64,000 nt of DNA, from positions 14,381 to 78,380 of the IMG/VR virus record IMGVR_UViG_3300033821_000019. One strand, given 5' to 3'. A program made the translations under genes and the position numbers. Each line of letters opens with the position of its first letter. The stretch's first letter is position 1. The notes beneath the pieces are model-generated. The model made no database searches. It saw nothing but the letters and a program-made list of their open reading frames with translations, and had not been told where the DNA came from. Of this stretch, positions 19,690-29,156 are shown piece after piece. Source of the DNA: a virus.

Positions 19690-20287
19690 TCCGTTTTCTC
19701 CGGCGTTTCGATACAGATAATGGTTCAGATAGTTTCTTTAACAACCGCTTGTGATTTCTGAGAACATATGATATGTTGTTCTCTAACACAAGGTTACTAC
19801 GGAACATAGTTTTAGTAAACGACTTTGTATACAGTTTGAACATGACCTTGCATTTGTTGTTAGCCAATCGCTTGATTATAACGCCTTTCAGGTTCTTTAG
19901 GTAGCCTTCTTTTACAGTCACAATATCACCTTCTTGCAATTGTTCCACGCTACTGAACTTAACTTGCATTGAGTTTTTGAATTTGTGTACTTCTTCGTCG
20001 GTCAAAAATGATGGATTCTCATATGAATCCAACACTCCAAAAACCATATCATTGTCACGCAACTTGTCAATGTAGGTAAAATAGTTCCTCACCTTGACAA
20101 ACAAATAGTTTTCCAACTGCATCTCGTAATTTTCTTCGGAAAGTTTGTCGGCAATAATCACGACATCACAAAGGTCTTTACCAAATATATTGGTTAATTC
20201 GCTCTTGATAGCATCAACAGATTTGTTACCCTTGAGATATTGGATATCTATACTGATACAAACCCATCTTGGCTCATTGTTGTTCAT
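19619..20287 (-). CDS. NusG-family transcription factor (NGN + KOW)
   Basis: W-V start, ENYLFVKV, PSFLTDEEV linker, KOW GDIVTVKEGYLKNLKGVI. Confidence 0.75.
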   Translation of the reverse strand: MNNNEPRWVCISIDIQYLKGNKSVDAIKSELTNIFGKDLCDVVIIADKLSEENYEMQLENYLFVKVRNYFTYIDKLRDNDMVFGVLDSYENPSFLTDEEVHKFKNSMQVKFSSVEQLQEGDIVTVKEGYLKNLKGVIIKRLANNKCKVMFKLYTKSFTKTMFRSNLVLENNISYVLRNHKRLLKKLSEPLSVSKRRRKRNAYKVCRTKPRKIRRKRKRLGKR

Positions 20288-20289
20288 GG

Positions 20290-20739
20290 TTACCACCATT
20301 TAAACATAAACAGGTTCTTGAGTGTATCACATAACTCACCAGACACTTGTTTAAGACGCTCTTTACGTGAACTTTGCTTGGCTTCTTTTTGCAGTATCCA
20401 AATTAAAACTGCCAATTTTGGGTATTCCTGACCACAATGCGCCGGATTTTTGACTATCTCTTCGAAGTCATTCTTCACCGACTCCTCAGTATGTTTACAC
20501 TTAAAACAGGTACATTGTTGCGCTGTTTCTGGCTCATTACAGATAAAAATGGAGTTTTTGACCTTGGCCAAAACATCTGTATTCTGGCAAAACCCTACAT
20601 CACTATTGCCTTTGACTCTATGACGCTTGTTCCAAACACAATTCAAATGGCACACAGATAGATACTTAGCCTGCCGTTCTCTCAGGTGTTTGTGATAAAT
20701 CTCTTTGCTTTTGAAAGCAACTTCTTCTTCACTTCTCAT
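20290..20739 (-). CDS. Hypothetical Cys-rich protein
   Basis: 149-aa ORF overlapping its neighbours. Confidence 0.6.
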   Translation of the reverse strand: MRSEEEVAFKSKEIYHKHLRERQAKYLSVCHLNCVWNKRHRVKGNSDVGFCQNTDVLAKVKNSIFICNEPETAQQCTCFKCKHTEESVKNDFEEIVKNPAHCGQEYPKLAVLIWILQKEAKQSSRKERLKQVSGELCDTLKNLFMFKWW

Positions 20740-21373
20740 TCTTTTTAGCCTTTTCCGCCCGCTCTAAATATTCGTCTAACTGTCTCTTGGTATTAAAAAA
20801 ACTCAGAGCCTTGGATAAGTCAATTCTATGGGCCTTACACTCTGGAAGGGTAGGCCACTTGCCTAATATACGTTTTAACACCCTGTATTTGTCTATATTC
20901 TCGCCTAGTGAAAACTGTTTGGCCATAAAAATCAGACGGCTGAATGATTGGAATTGCCTTAAAACGACATAGAAAGGCGGAATCACATCAGGACGTTTTT
21001 TTCTAGCAGTATAATAAGCTCTTACGGTCCACAGATTAAATTGGGTAACAAGCTTTGCCAAGTATTCATCAAACTCTTGGTTACTTACGGCAATAGGTGG
21101 ACCTTTAGCTTTCTCTGGTCTAGGTATTTCTTTGTAGGCTTCGTTTACTGCAATACTCCATTTCCCAAATATCTTTGTGTAGTCATAGAGAAGAGGGTCT
21201 TGAGGAGAACGGCACTTTCGTAAATGATTCCTTGTGGTGATTCTATTGTCACGCAAATAGGACAATAGTTCATCACGGGAAAAGGTTGGCCTTCTCGCGT
21301 AAGGGCGCGTCGTTTCAGACAAGCTATATCTTGAACGATTTTCAAGACTAGCATCGCTGAATTTCTGCCACAA
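20729..21373 (-). CDS. Basic protein with homing-endonuclease-associated-like repeats
   Basis: SRDELLSYLR...YTKIFGKWSIAV repeat-like units. Confidence 0.45.
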   Translation of the reverse strand: MWQKFSDASLENRSRYSLSETTRPYARRPTFSRDELLSYLRDNRITTRNHLRKCRSPQDPLLYDYTKIFGKWSIAVNEAYKEIPRPEKAKGPPIAVSNQEFDEYLAKLVTQFNLWTVRAYYTARKKRPDVIPPFYVVLRQFQSFSRLIFMAKQFSLGENIDKYRVLKRILGKWPTLPECKAHRIDLSKALSFFNTKRQLDEYLERAEKAKKNEK

Positions 21374-21405
21374 GGACTTTTCTATAGCCTACTCCTATTC
21401 AGCAA

Positions 21406-22038
21406 TTAAGCTGTCTTAGGCGCGGGTGTAGCAGCAGTAGCAGCGGCAATAGTAGCAGCAGCAGTAGTAGCCTGTTTAGGAGCCTTGGATTTGGTTGAAG
21501 GGGTTGCGTTTGCTGTGGATGCTGGAGTTGTTTGAACTTTGGTTTTGGCTGCTTGGGCTTGTTTAATTGGGCCTAGTATATCTTGGCCTGTTTTTTTGGC
21601 CTGTTCCGCTGCTTCAAATACATCCCGTGCGTCATCATTCTCTAACCAATTTGGAACACCATTCGTTACTGCAAATTCTTCCGCAAACATCTCGTAATCT
21701 GGTTTGCGCTTCTTTGCGTAGTTGTTGCTTTCCGGGTCAAACCCACCACTTGGGATAGAGCACATTTGATGGAAAACGGACAAGTGCTTTTGTTTAGGAC
21801 TAAAATTTTTCCACGTCTGTTCAAACACCTCTACAAAATAGACCTTATCAATAAGGATGTCATAAGGGTACTTCACCGGAATCAAACGAGTACCACGCTT
21901 TGATTTCTTGCCTTTGGTCATCACTGGTTGCACGGCATTGACATCAAAGCCTTCAAAAACTTTAGGCAAGGCTTCAATTATCTTCTCCATGATTTCTGAA
22001 ACTTCATTGTTGACTTCATAATCCGTAAACTTAGCCAT
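21406..22038 (-). CDS. Phage metallopeptidase-like protein with Ala/Thr-rich tail
   Basis: W...SPKQKHLSVFHQMCSI...PDYEMF resembles the family but HExxH is degenerate. Confidence 0.4.
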   Translation of the reverse strand: MAKFTDYEVNNEVSEIMEKIIEALPKVFEGFDVNAVQPVMTKGKKSKRGTRLIPVKYPYDILIDKVYFVEVFEQTWKNFSPKQKHLSVFHQMCSIPSGGFDPESNNYAKKRKPDYEMFAEEFAVTNGVPNWLENDDARDVFEAAEQAKKTGQDILGPIKQAQAAKTKVQTTPASTANATPSTKSKAPKQATTAAATIAAATAATPAPKTA

Positions 22039-22099
22039 TTTACTCTCCTATGATTGGAAAATTGTTTAACCCGCTTCTTTAAGTATTATACAACTAGCA

Positions 22100-22396
22100 C
22101 TACTTTTTTTGTGCTAATTCGATGATGATATTTTCCTTCTCTTTCATACTAGGCTGGAGATGACTCATTATGATATGGATGGCCGGGGAAGCATCAACGG
22201 AAACCACTATCTTTTTATCAGCACCGTTCTCTTTTTCGTCTTGTGCATCCAACCGGTGAATAGCGTCCTTCATCAACAGTGCATAAGAGTCTATGTTGCC
22301 TGTATGAATGTCGTCCGCTACATACAGAATTTCATCATATTCCTCATCCACATGTTGCACAATAGCCTTTTTGGTGCAGATGAATAGTGTTTTCAT
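22100..22396 (-). CDS. Hypothetical protein
   Basis: 98-aa ORF with ATGA overlap. Confidence 0.6.
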   Translation of the reverse strand: MKTLFICTKKAIVQHVDEEYDEILYVADDIHTGNIDSYALLMKDAIHRLDAQDEKENGADKKIVVSVDASPAIHIIMSHLQPSMKEKENIIIELAQKK

Positions 22397-22734
22397 AGTT
22401 TTCCCGCACTCTTCATTAACAATTCAACTTCAATCTTTTTATCCAATTCGTCGAACATTATTCGACAAAATTCAGGCGTGCAACTAAACGTCATGAAACC
22501 TTCGCCTTCATAATATCCTATACCATTATTGTCTTTTTCTTCTCCCCATTTTTCTTGGTTCATCACTACTATAATATACGATTCACCACGACTTTTGAGA
22601 GCATCGGCTAACCATCCAATGGGAATACACCGGCAAATGAATAGAAAAGCCTTCCTAAGCAAAGAAGGCTTTTCTTTTGGACGGTCAGTTAGTTCTCCCT
22701 CTAAATGTGGCTTAGTCATAAGACGGCACTTCAA
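22393..22734 (-). CDS. Hypothetical protein (start uncertain)
   Basis: ORF filling the gap between neighbours. Confidence 0.5.
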   Translation of the reverse strand: MKCRLMTKPHLEGELTDRPKEKPSLLRKAFLFICRCIPIGWLADALKSRGESYIIVVMNQEKWGEEKDNNGIGYYEGEGFMTFSCTPEFCRIMFDELDKKIEVELLMKSAGKL

Positions 22735-23920
22735 TCTTAACGTGCTTGCCCCACTTGTACGGATACTGGTCTTCTGTCAACTCAGTAGTAAGTACCCACA
22801 AAATCGGCATCTGATATTTGTGATTGATGACCGGCGCATAAAAATCGGTGAAGTAAATCAAAGCATCATACTGCCCTTCAACTTCCTTCAAGACTGGTTC
22901 AAGGTCAGTACCGCCACGTCCGGTAATCTGGCCGTTCCATTTGCCCTTGTACCGATATTGCTTGGTAATGGCGCAATCACACTCCAACATTTGAATGTGA
23001 GCACCATTCTTGTAAATCCAGTAAATCTCATTCATGAACACCTTGAGTTGGGTGTCAGAAATGGAGCCTGAAGTATCTATTGCAACAGCAAGTTCCAACA
23101 CATCTTCTTTGCGCGTACCGGGGCGTGTGCCAAACCGCTTGCTTACGCGCTTCATGGTGTAATCCAAATCGGACTCTGTAGCCGAAGCAACAAAAGTCCG
23201 CAACACCTTGTTCCACGGGATGATTGGTTTGCGGGTCTTAAGAATGTCACCAATCTGTTCAATGACTTCGGCAGGAACGTTGCCGTAATCTTTATTGCAA
23301 AGCTCTTTAGCTTGGCGAACAATGTCTTTTACAATGTCTTTTAGAATCGGGTCAGAAGCAGCCTCTTCCCACATATCATGGGATTTCACCGCATCAGAGA
23401 ACATGCCTTCAACACCGAACTGGCCCTTAGCACACATGTTTTGAAACTGTTTGTTGTCCTTCAATTGCTGATAGTACCAGAACGAAGACTTGTGTGGAGG
23501 AAAACCAAACATATCTGGCAGCATAGCAGCTTCAATGAGCTTGTCTTTATCAATGCAACTATTGACAACCAAATCCACTGCCACATTGCCACGCAGACGG
23601 TCAGAGAACTTCAAATTCAAATGGTCAAAGACAACGTGCAATGTTTCGTGTTCCAAAGCGCCAAGCAGGAAGCCCCACGCTTGGTCTTCCGATTTTGCCT
23701 TGCCGAATATCTCATTAGCCAGCCAATCTTGGTTGATGTAGAGCTTAATCAGCAAGTCATCTTTTTGCTTTCCCACTGCCATTGTCGGAAGTTTGGCATT
23801 TGGACCGCCAAGGTAGACTTTGGACAATTGCTGTAAGATGTGACCATAGAAGACCTTATGGCGAATCAGGTCAATGATTCCGCACATTACCGTTTTCTTT
23901 GCATCACTGAACTTTGCCAC
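22712..23920 (-). CDS. Metallopeptidase + vWA domain protein (DUF2201-like)
   Basis: HETLH zinc motif; AIDTSGS MIDAS, GRGGTD, YFTD. Confidence 0.85.
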   Translation of the reverse strand: MAKFSDAKKTVMCGIIDLIRHKVFYGHILQQLSKVYLGGPNAKLPTMAVGKQKDDLLIKLYINQDWLANEIFGKAKSEDQAWGFLLGALEHETLHVVFDHLNLKFSDRLRGNVAVDLVVNSCIDKDKLIEAAMLPDMFGFPPHKSSFWYYQQLKDNKQFQNMCAKGQFGVEGMFSDAVKSHDMWEEAASDPILKDIVKDIVRQAKELCNKDYGNVPAEVIEQIGDILKTRKPIIPWNKVLRTFVASATESDLDYTMKRVSKRFGTRPGTRKEDVLELAVAIDTSGSISDTQLKVFMNEIYWIYKNGAHIQMLECDCAITKQYRYKGKWNGQITGRGGTDLEPVLKEVEGQYDALIYFTDFYAPVINHKYQMPILWVLTTELTEDQYPYKWGKHVKIEVPSYD

Positions 23921-23973
23921 TTTATTGACTCCTTTTTAGACCACCACAATTGTATCGTATTATTCAACAATAT

Positions 23974-24729
23974 TTATTCGCCTTTTTGAAAAGAATCACT
24001 CATCTCAATGATTTTCTCCAAGTTATAAGGGATTATCTTCTTAATCTTCTTGAAGATGGAGTATTCTTTCTTTAAATACTTGTCAAAATACTCGCTCTTT
24101 TTGCAGGGCGTGAGTATTTCTTTCTTGCCGTAGTCGTAATCCCTGTCATAACCATAGTCCTTATCCCTAGACGGTTTAATCCAAGGTCTGTTATCTTCTA
24201 CATCCCTATCCACAGGCATATTAGAAATGTGTTCTGCCGTCTGGTCTTCTATCCGCTCTCTTTCTTCTTGAAGTTGGCGCTCCAATTCTCTCTTTTCACG
24301 CTCTTCTTTTTCTTTAAGCAGCCGCGCCTTTTCTTCGGGGTCAACCCATTCCGCCACATCGTAATTTGCAACATAACGTATATGGCCAAACTTGTCTTCC
24401 ACTCTGATTAAATCTTTAATGCGTACTTTCTTCTCAGCCAAATAGGCTACGCCCTTGTCAAAGAACCTAGCCCACAAATTGCCTGTTCCCCTGCCAAGGA
24501 ATTCTATTTCCCATGATTCGTCAAGAGGCTCGTTGTCAAAAGTCACAAAATCTGGGTTGATATGTTCGTGTATTGCATCAACACCATAGCTTTTGAAATC
24601 TACCGCAATCCAACCTTCCCCAACAGAGAATTCCATAATGCGGCCATACTCTTTCTTGCCGCCATTTATAGGATGCTGGACAATAACTGCCCGCCCGACA
24701 TCATCATCTGTCAATTCGCTAATGTTCAT
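23974..24729 (-). CDS. Hypothetical protein
   Basis: 251-aa ORF. Confidence 0.65.
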   Translation of the reverse strand: MNISELTDDDVGRAVIVQHPINGGKKEYGRIMEFSVGEGWIAVDFKSYGVDAIHEHINPDFVTFDNEPLDESWEIEFLGRGTGNLWARFFDKGVAYLAEKKVRIKDLIRVEDKFGHIRYVANYDVAEWVDPEEKARLLKEKEEREKRELERQLQEERERIEDQTAEHISNMPVDRDVEDNRPWIKPSRDKDYGYDRDYDYGKKEILTPCKKSEYFDKYLKKEYSIFKKIKKIIPYNLEKIIEMSDSFQKGE

Positions 24730-24740
24730 AGCTCACGCTT

Positions 24741-25184
24741 TCACACCAAGATAATTGAACCTGTTGGTTTGGTTTCGTCTCCAAGCCGCACTTTAGCTAC
24801 CTTGGCAATGCGTTCGTCCTTTTCATTCAACATCACAGCGCCCAAATGTTTCGTTGGCACCTTTTCAGCCAAAAACAACCGATGGCCCACCTTCAAATCT
24901 TCCTTAAAGTAGTCCATCATTTCCTCTTCCATAACGCCATAGGATTCCATCACGTCAGAAAAATCCGCTGCTTGACGGGCTTCATCATAATCAAACTTCT
25001 GCCCACGCACTTCAAGCCAAGCTTCAACGCCACTTCGGACATCAAGCTGGACCTTGCCGCCCTTCTTGTTGTCTTTGATATCATCGGAAATCGTGATGAT
25101 ACCCTTCTGAGGCTTTGCCGGTTGTGCTGGTGCCGCCTGTTTCTTGATTTCGTCAGGCAGGATTATCTTGCTCTGCTTCGCCAT
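24741..25184 (-). CDS. Hypothetical protein (MAKQSKIILP...)
   Basis: ATG at 25184 with AAGGA RBS; upstream part of the track ORF overlaps another gene. Confidence 0.6.
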   Translation of the reverse strand: MAKQSKIILPDEIKKQAAPAQPAKPQKGIITISDDIKDNKKGGKVQLDVRSGVEAWLEVRGQKFDYDEARQAADFSDVMESYGVMEEEMMDYFKEDLKVGHRLFLAEKVPTKHLGAVMLNEKDERIAKVAKVRLGDETKPTGSIILV

Positions 25185-25680
25185 TGGATTCCTTGAACCT
25201 TTCTTTAAGCACCCGCATCTTCTCGCCAAACTTGTTTTCGGCCAAGATGTACTCTTTATTATCGTCTCTTTTGGCCGGAATTGCAAGATATTCCACACCC
25301 AAATCGAAAAAGTCTTCCATGCCCACATTGCTGACACACAGATATGTCTGCTCAAATGGGTTCTGACCCTTTTGTGGAATAAAATTTGCCGGGAGATTGC
25401 TTGCGCGTGGCCGATGGATAGACACGAATTCTTTGCCCTTGTACTTGCACCATTGTTTGTAACAGAAATCCTTGGCCTTCCAACGGCTTCGGAACTTGCG
25501 CACTTTGATTCGCTCTGTGTGTTTCGTGCTAAGCTGAACTCGCAAAATATGCACGTAAAAGAAACCATCATCTTCTTTCTTTGGCGTGTAGCTACACCGG
25601 AACTTGTATCCACGGCGCACTACCTCTGAAAAATAGAGGGAACGCTTGAAGGTCCGATACCGCAACTCCGGTGAAAGCAT
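25153..25680 (-). CDS. Hypothetical basic protein
   Basis: ATG at 25680 downstream of a GACGATACA promoter motif. Confidence 0.6.
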   Translation of the reverse strand: MLSPELRYRTFKRSLYFSEVVRRGYKFRCSYTPKKEDDGFFYVHILRVQLSTKHTERIKVRKFRSRWKAKDFCYKQWCKYKGKEFVSIHRPRASNLPANFIPQKGQNPFEQTYLCVSNVGMEDFFDLGVEYLAIPAKRDDNKEYILAENKFGEKMRVLKERFKESNGEAEQDNPA

Positions 25681-25784
25681 GACTTTACCCCTTACAATGC
25701 TGCACTCACAACCTGCACAACATTGTATCGTCAACTTTCGCTTTTTTTATCAATAATTCTCGCAAAATCTGATATAGCAAGGCT

Positions 25785-26360
25785 TTATGCCATAAATGAG
25801 AATATACGTCTCAGAAAAATAGATGAAACAGAGGCTTTTGGAGCCGCAATAGGCGCATTGTCTGTAGGAATGACGTTAGACGACTGAATGTTCGACAACG
25901 CCAATGCTTCGGCCAATTCTTCAAGCTTGGTATGACCTTTGATAAAGATTTCAGACGCCGGGAATTCTCTTTCCACTTCATCTTTCAGTTCACCGTGGCC
26001 AGTGCTGATAATCGTTGGAATGTCGTAACGGTTTTCGTGCAGCCATTCAATGAAACCTCTACCATCATCGCCTTGCAGTTCAATATCCACAATGGCCACT
26101 TTGATAGCACCGTCGCCATGTTTGGACACAGTATCCTTAGCTTCTTGAACCGTTCTCACATATAAAAGTGGTATGGTTGAATTAGCCGCAGCAAGCAAAC
26201 CTTCTAAAATGGTTGCTTGTTCTGGTCTATCATCCAAAAAGAGAATCATACCAGTGCGTTGTTTGACTTCATCGCGCAATGAAAATTTGAAGAGGTGCTT
26301 GAGTGCCTTTTCCGTTGAATTCAAGCGGTTCTTTAGGTCAGTGAAGTTTTGGTTAGTCAT
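25785..26360 (-). CDS. Response regulator receiver-domain protein
   Basis: ILFLDD, AIVDIEL (phospho-Asp), IISTGH, FIKG. Confidence 0.85.
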   Translation of the reverse strand: MTNQNFTDLKNRLNSTEKALKHLFKFSLRDEVKQRTGMILFLDDRPEQATILEGLLAAANSTIPLLYVRTVQEAKDTVSKHGDGAIKVAIVDIELQGDDGRGFIEWLHENRYDIPTIISTGHGELKDEVEREFPASEIFIKGHTKLEELAEALALSNIQSSNVIPTDNAPIAAPKASVSSIFLRRIFSFMA

Positions 26361-26372
26361 AATCCCTCTCCT

Positions 26373-26735
26373 TTAATCTTCTTTCACTTTGGCTGCATAT
26401 CGGCAACGGTCAATCACCCGTTGTGTTCTTTCTAGCAATCTCTTTTCTTCCTCTTTCATGCGCTTTTCTTCTTCTAACATTGTCTTAACTTCAGCGCCAC
26501 AATTAGTGCTTGTAGTCAATGCATTAGAACATTTCTGTGCCAACGCCATCAATTGATTGTTGCGCTTTTCTAACAAGTCAGTCAAGTCTTTGATTTGTCG
26601 TTCGTGTTTTTTGTTGATGTGCCAATAGAAGGCTACCAACAAAACGATGAGGATAACACACATACCCCAAGGACCATATTTCGCCAACATTTCTGCAACA
26701 GTCATAGCACCTTGGGCGGCTGTCTGAGGATTCAT
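26373..26735 (-). CDS. Single-TM + coiled-coil protein, holin-like (BhlA/UviB architecture)
   Basis: LAKYGPWGMCVILIVLLVAFYW then charged coiled coil. Confidence 0.5.
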   Translation of the reverse strand: MNPQTAAQGAMTVAEMLAKYGPWGMCVILIVLLVAFYWHINKKHERQIKDLTDLLEKRNNQLMALAQKCSNALTTSTNCGAEVKTMLEEEKRMKEEEKRLLERTQRVIDRCRYAAKVKED

Positions 26736-29047
26736 ACTTTGCGCTCCCTTCTTTTTTTCAACCCGCTATAAATATGCACCATCAAATCTACCAAATCATA
26801 TGGTTTCTTCGGGTAGTAAACATCGGCGATAGGCACCTTCCAAATTTTGTTAGTCAAAACGATTTTTACCGCATCAAATGAATCACTTACTTCTTTAGTA
26901 AACTCACCGTCCATAAAATTACTTCTAGCATCTGCAATAACTACTGCGAATGGGTCTTTGATATGTTCAGTAATGGCCTCTTGAATAGAACCTGAGATAA
27001 ATACTTTATATCCTTCGCCAGTAATCGCTTCCCAAAGAAGTTTTCCCGTATCAAGAGCACCACCTAACAATAGAATACGCTCCCCGTTGCCTTTTTCATA
27101 GTCGGTGTTGACATAACCTGTCTGTGATTGGTCTATGTACTTTGGCAAATATAAAGAAAATGTAGTACCTTTATTCACCTCAGTATCTACCTTGATTTCG
27201 CCTTTGTGCTGACCTACTATTATAGCATGACAAACAGATAAGCCTAAACCCGTTCCTTTCAGATTAGCCTGCCAAGAATTTTTCTCTGCGAAATTGCCTT
27301 TGGTGGAAAAGAAAGGCATGAATATTTTTGACAAGTTATCTTTAGCTATGCCACATCCAACGTCTGCTATTTTGAGGATAATCTTGTCCTCATAGAGAAT
27401 ATCATTACCTTCGGGTGGTTCTTCAATTGTAATAGTAATCTGCTTATTTTGAGATTTTGTCATCGCGTGTTGAGCATTGATAATCATGTTCATTAAAACG
27501 TGTGCTATGCCTTTCGGCTGCACATATATTTTTGCCGTTGTGTTCTCTACAATATCTACTTTTACATTCTCTTTGCCCAAATCAATATTCAGCAGTTCAA
27601 CGACTCCTTGAATCAATGCTTTTGGCTGGACTGCTTTCATACTACCTTTATTTGAAGCCGTACTAGTGAAAGCCAACAAATCGTTTGTGATACTTGCTCC
27701 TTGAGAAAGAGCAGATTTGACAATATCTAATGATTTGCGAACCTTATCTGGCACCGTCTCGCGATAAATCAAATCCACATGACCCTTAATCACTGCATTA
27801 ATGTTGTTGAATTCGTGAGCAATGCCGCTTGCCATCAAACCTACAGCCGCCAATCGTTCTGAACGTAGCAACTTTTCCTGATGTTGGTATTCTTCGCTCA
27901 CGTCTCTAAACACCATAACAACACCTATCATATCTCCGTATTCATCTATGATAGGTGAAGCATTGTGTTTGATAGGTACTTCTTTACCACTTGAAGTCAC
28001 ATAGAGCGTGTTGTTACGCGGAGCTATCAAAGCGCCCGTGTTGAGTACCATTTCAACAGGATTAGGTACTTCTTTCTTAGTAAACTGGTGAATAAATTTG
28101 ATGAAAATGTTAAGAGGTTTGCCTATCATTTCAAATTCTTTATAGCCAAGTATACTTTCAGCAGCAGCATTAACGCCTATTATCTGACCACTATTGTCTG
28201 TTGAAATAACACCATCACCTATTGAATGCAGCGTGGTAGAAAGCAGCTTCCGATTATCATGTAAGGCTTTTTCAGCTTTCTTGCGTTCTGCAATATCATG
28301 GAATACTACCTCAAAGACCATATTGCCATTGACGCGCTCAAACGATGTGGCGGCAGTTTCAACGTCAATAAGTTCTCCGGTATAAGTAAGAAACTGGCTT
28401 TCAACAAGAGGCACTTCGTACCCGCGTTCTTTTTTCATTTCTTCCATGCGTTGAAGTTCTTGTGCTCTAAATTTTGGATGAACAAAATCCAGATACTTCC
28501 TGCCTAGTAAATCCTCTCTAGTACAAGCCCTTAGCATTCTTACGGCAGCGTTATTCGCAAATTCAATATTGCCGTTCTCATGCAAAATAGTAGCGAAAGG
28601 TGAAACCTCTATCAACCTTTTATACCTTTGTTTTGTTTCCTCAATTTCCAATTCTTGTTTCTTGCGTTGGGTTATGTCCAACATTGCACCAACTATACCT
28701 ATTTTTTTGCCAGCTTTAGTAGTTAAGACTGATTTTTGGTAGATGATGTTTTTAACTTGTCCGTCTGATGTTACCATCTCTTTTTCATACTGCGTTTGAA
28801 AATCAGTAGATTCAAGGAGATTGTCATCTATCTGTTTATGAAAATAGGCGGTTTTCAATGGAGAAGCATCAATAGGACTAGCGCCTATAATGTCTTCTCG
28901 TTTCACATTGCGCAGATTCTCAAAGGCTGTATTGCAACCTACGTAGACACCATTAGCATCGGTGTAATAAACAGCTATTGGAATTGCATCCAATAGTGTT
29001 TGCAAAAAATGGTTCTGCTTTTGTATTGTTTCATCATCGTCGTTCAT
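26732..29047 (-). CDS. Cytoplasmic PAS x3 histidine kinase with degenerate C-terminal receiver
   Basis: three PAS/PAC repeats; H-box GIAHEFNN, N-box NMIINA, DVGCGI, FMPFFSTK, GTGLGL. Confidence 0.92.
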   Translation of the reverse strand: MNDDDETIQKQNHFLQTLLDAIPIAVYYTDANGVYVGCNTAFENLRNVKREDIIGASPIDASPLKTAYFHKQIDDNLLESTDFQTQYEKEMVTSDGQVKNIIYQKSVLTTKAGKKIGIVGAMLDITQRKKQELEIEETKQRYKRLIEVSPFATILHENGNIEFANNAAVRMLRACTREDLLGRKYLDFVHPKFRAQELQRMEEMKKERGYEVPLVESQFLTYTGELIDVETAATSFERVNGNMVFEVVFHDIAERKKAEKALHDNRKLLSTTLHSIGDGVISTDNSGQIIGVNAAAESILGYKEFEMIGKPLNIFIKFIHQFTKKEVPNPVEMVLNTGALIAPRNNTLYVTSSGKEVPIKHNASPIIDEYGDMIGVVMVFRDVSEEYQHQEKLLRSERLAAVGLMASGIAHEFNNINAVIKGHVDLIYRETVPDKVRKSLDIVKSALSQGASITNDLLAFTSTASNKGSMKAVQPKALIQGVVELLNIDLGKENVKVDIVENTTAKIYVQPKGIAHVLMNMIINAQHAMTKSQNKQITITIEEPPEGNDILYEDKIILKIADVGCGIAKDNLSKIFMPFFSTKGNFAEKNSWQANLKGTGLGLSVCHAIIVGQHKGEIKVDTEVNKGTTFSLYLPKYIDQSQTGYVNTDYEKGNGERILLLGGALDTGKLLWEAITGEGYKVFISGSIQEAITEHIKDPFAVVIADARSNFMDGEFTKEVSDSFDAVKIVLTNKIWKVPIADVYYPKKPYDLVDLMVHIYSGLKKRRERKV

Positions 29048-29097
29048 AATCTACCTAATATAGATGCCCTACTAAGACCAAATATCAAGAAATAATA

Positions 29098-29124
29098 AAC
29101 CGCGCCCTTTGTCAGAGCGCGGTT
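29098..29124 (-). terminator. Intrinsic terminator after the 29157-30344 gene
   Basis: aaccgcgc/gcgcggtt stem followed by a U-rich tract on the minus strand. Confidence 0.6.
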
Positions 29125-29156
29125 CAAGAGCTACAGTTAGATTTTATGGGTAATCT

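Noticed and set aside
22712-23920. Complete MoxR AAA+/vWA chaperone system
   Set aside because: The usual AAA+ ATPase partner is not present in this window.
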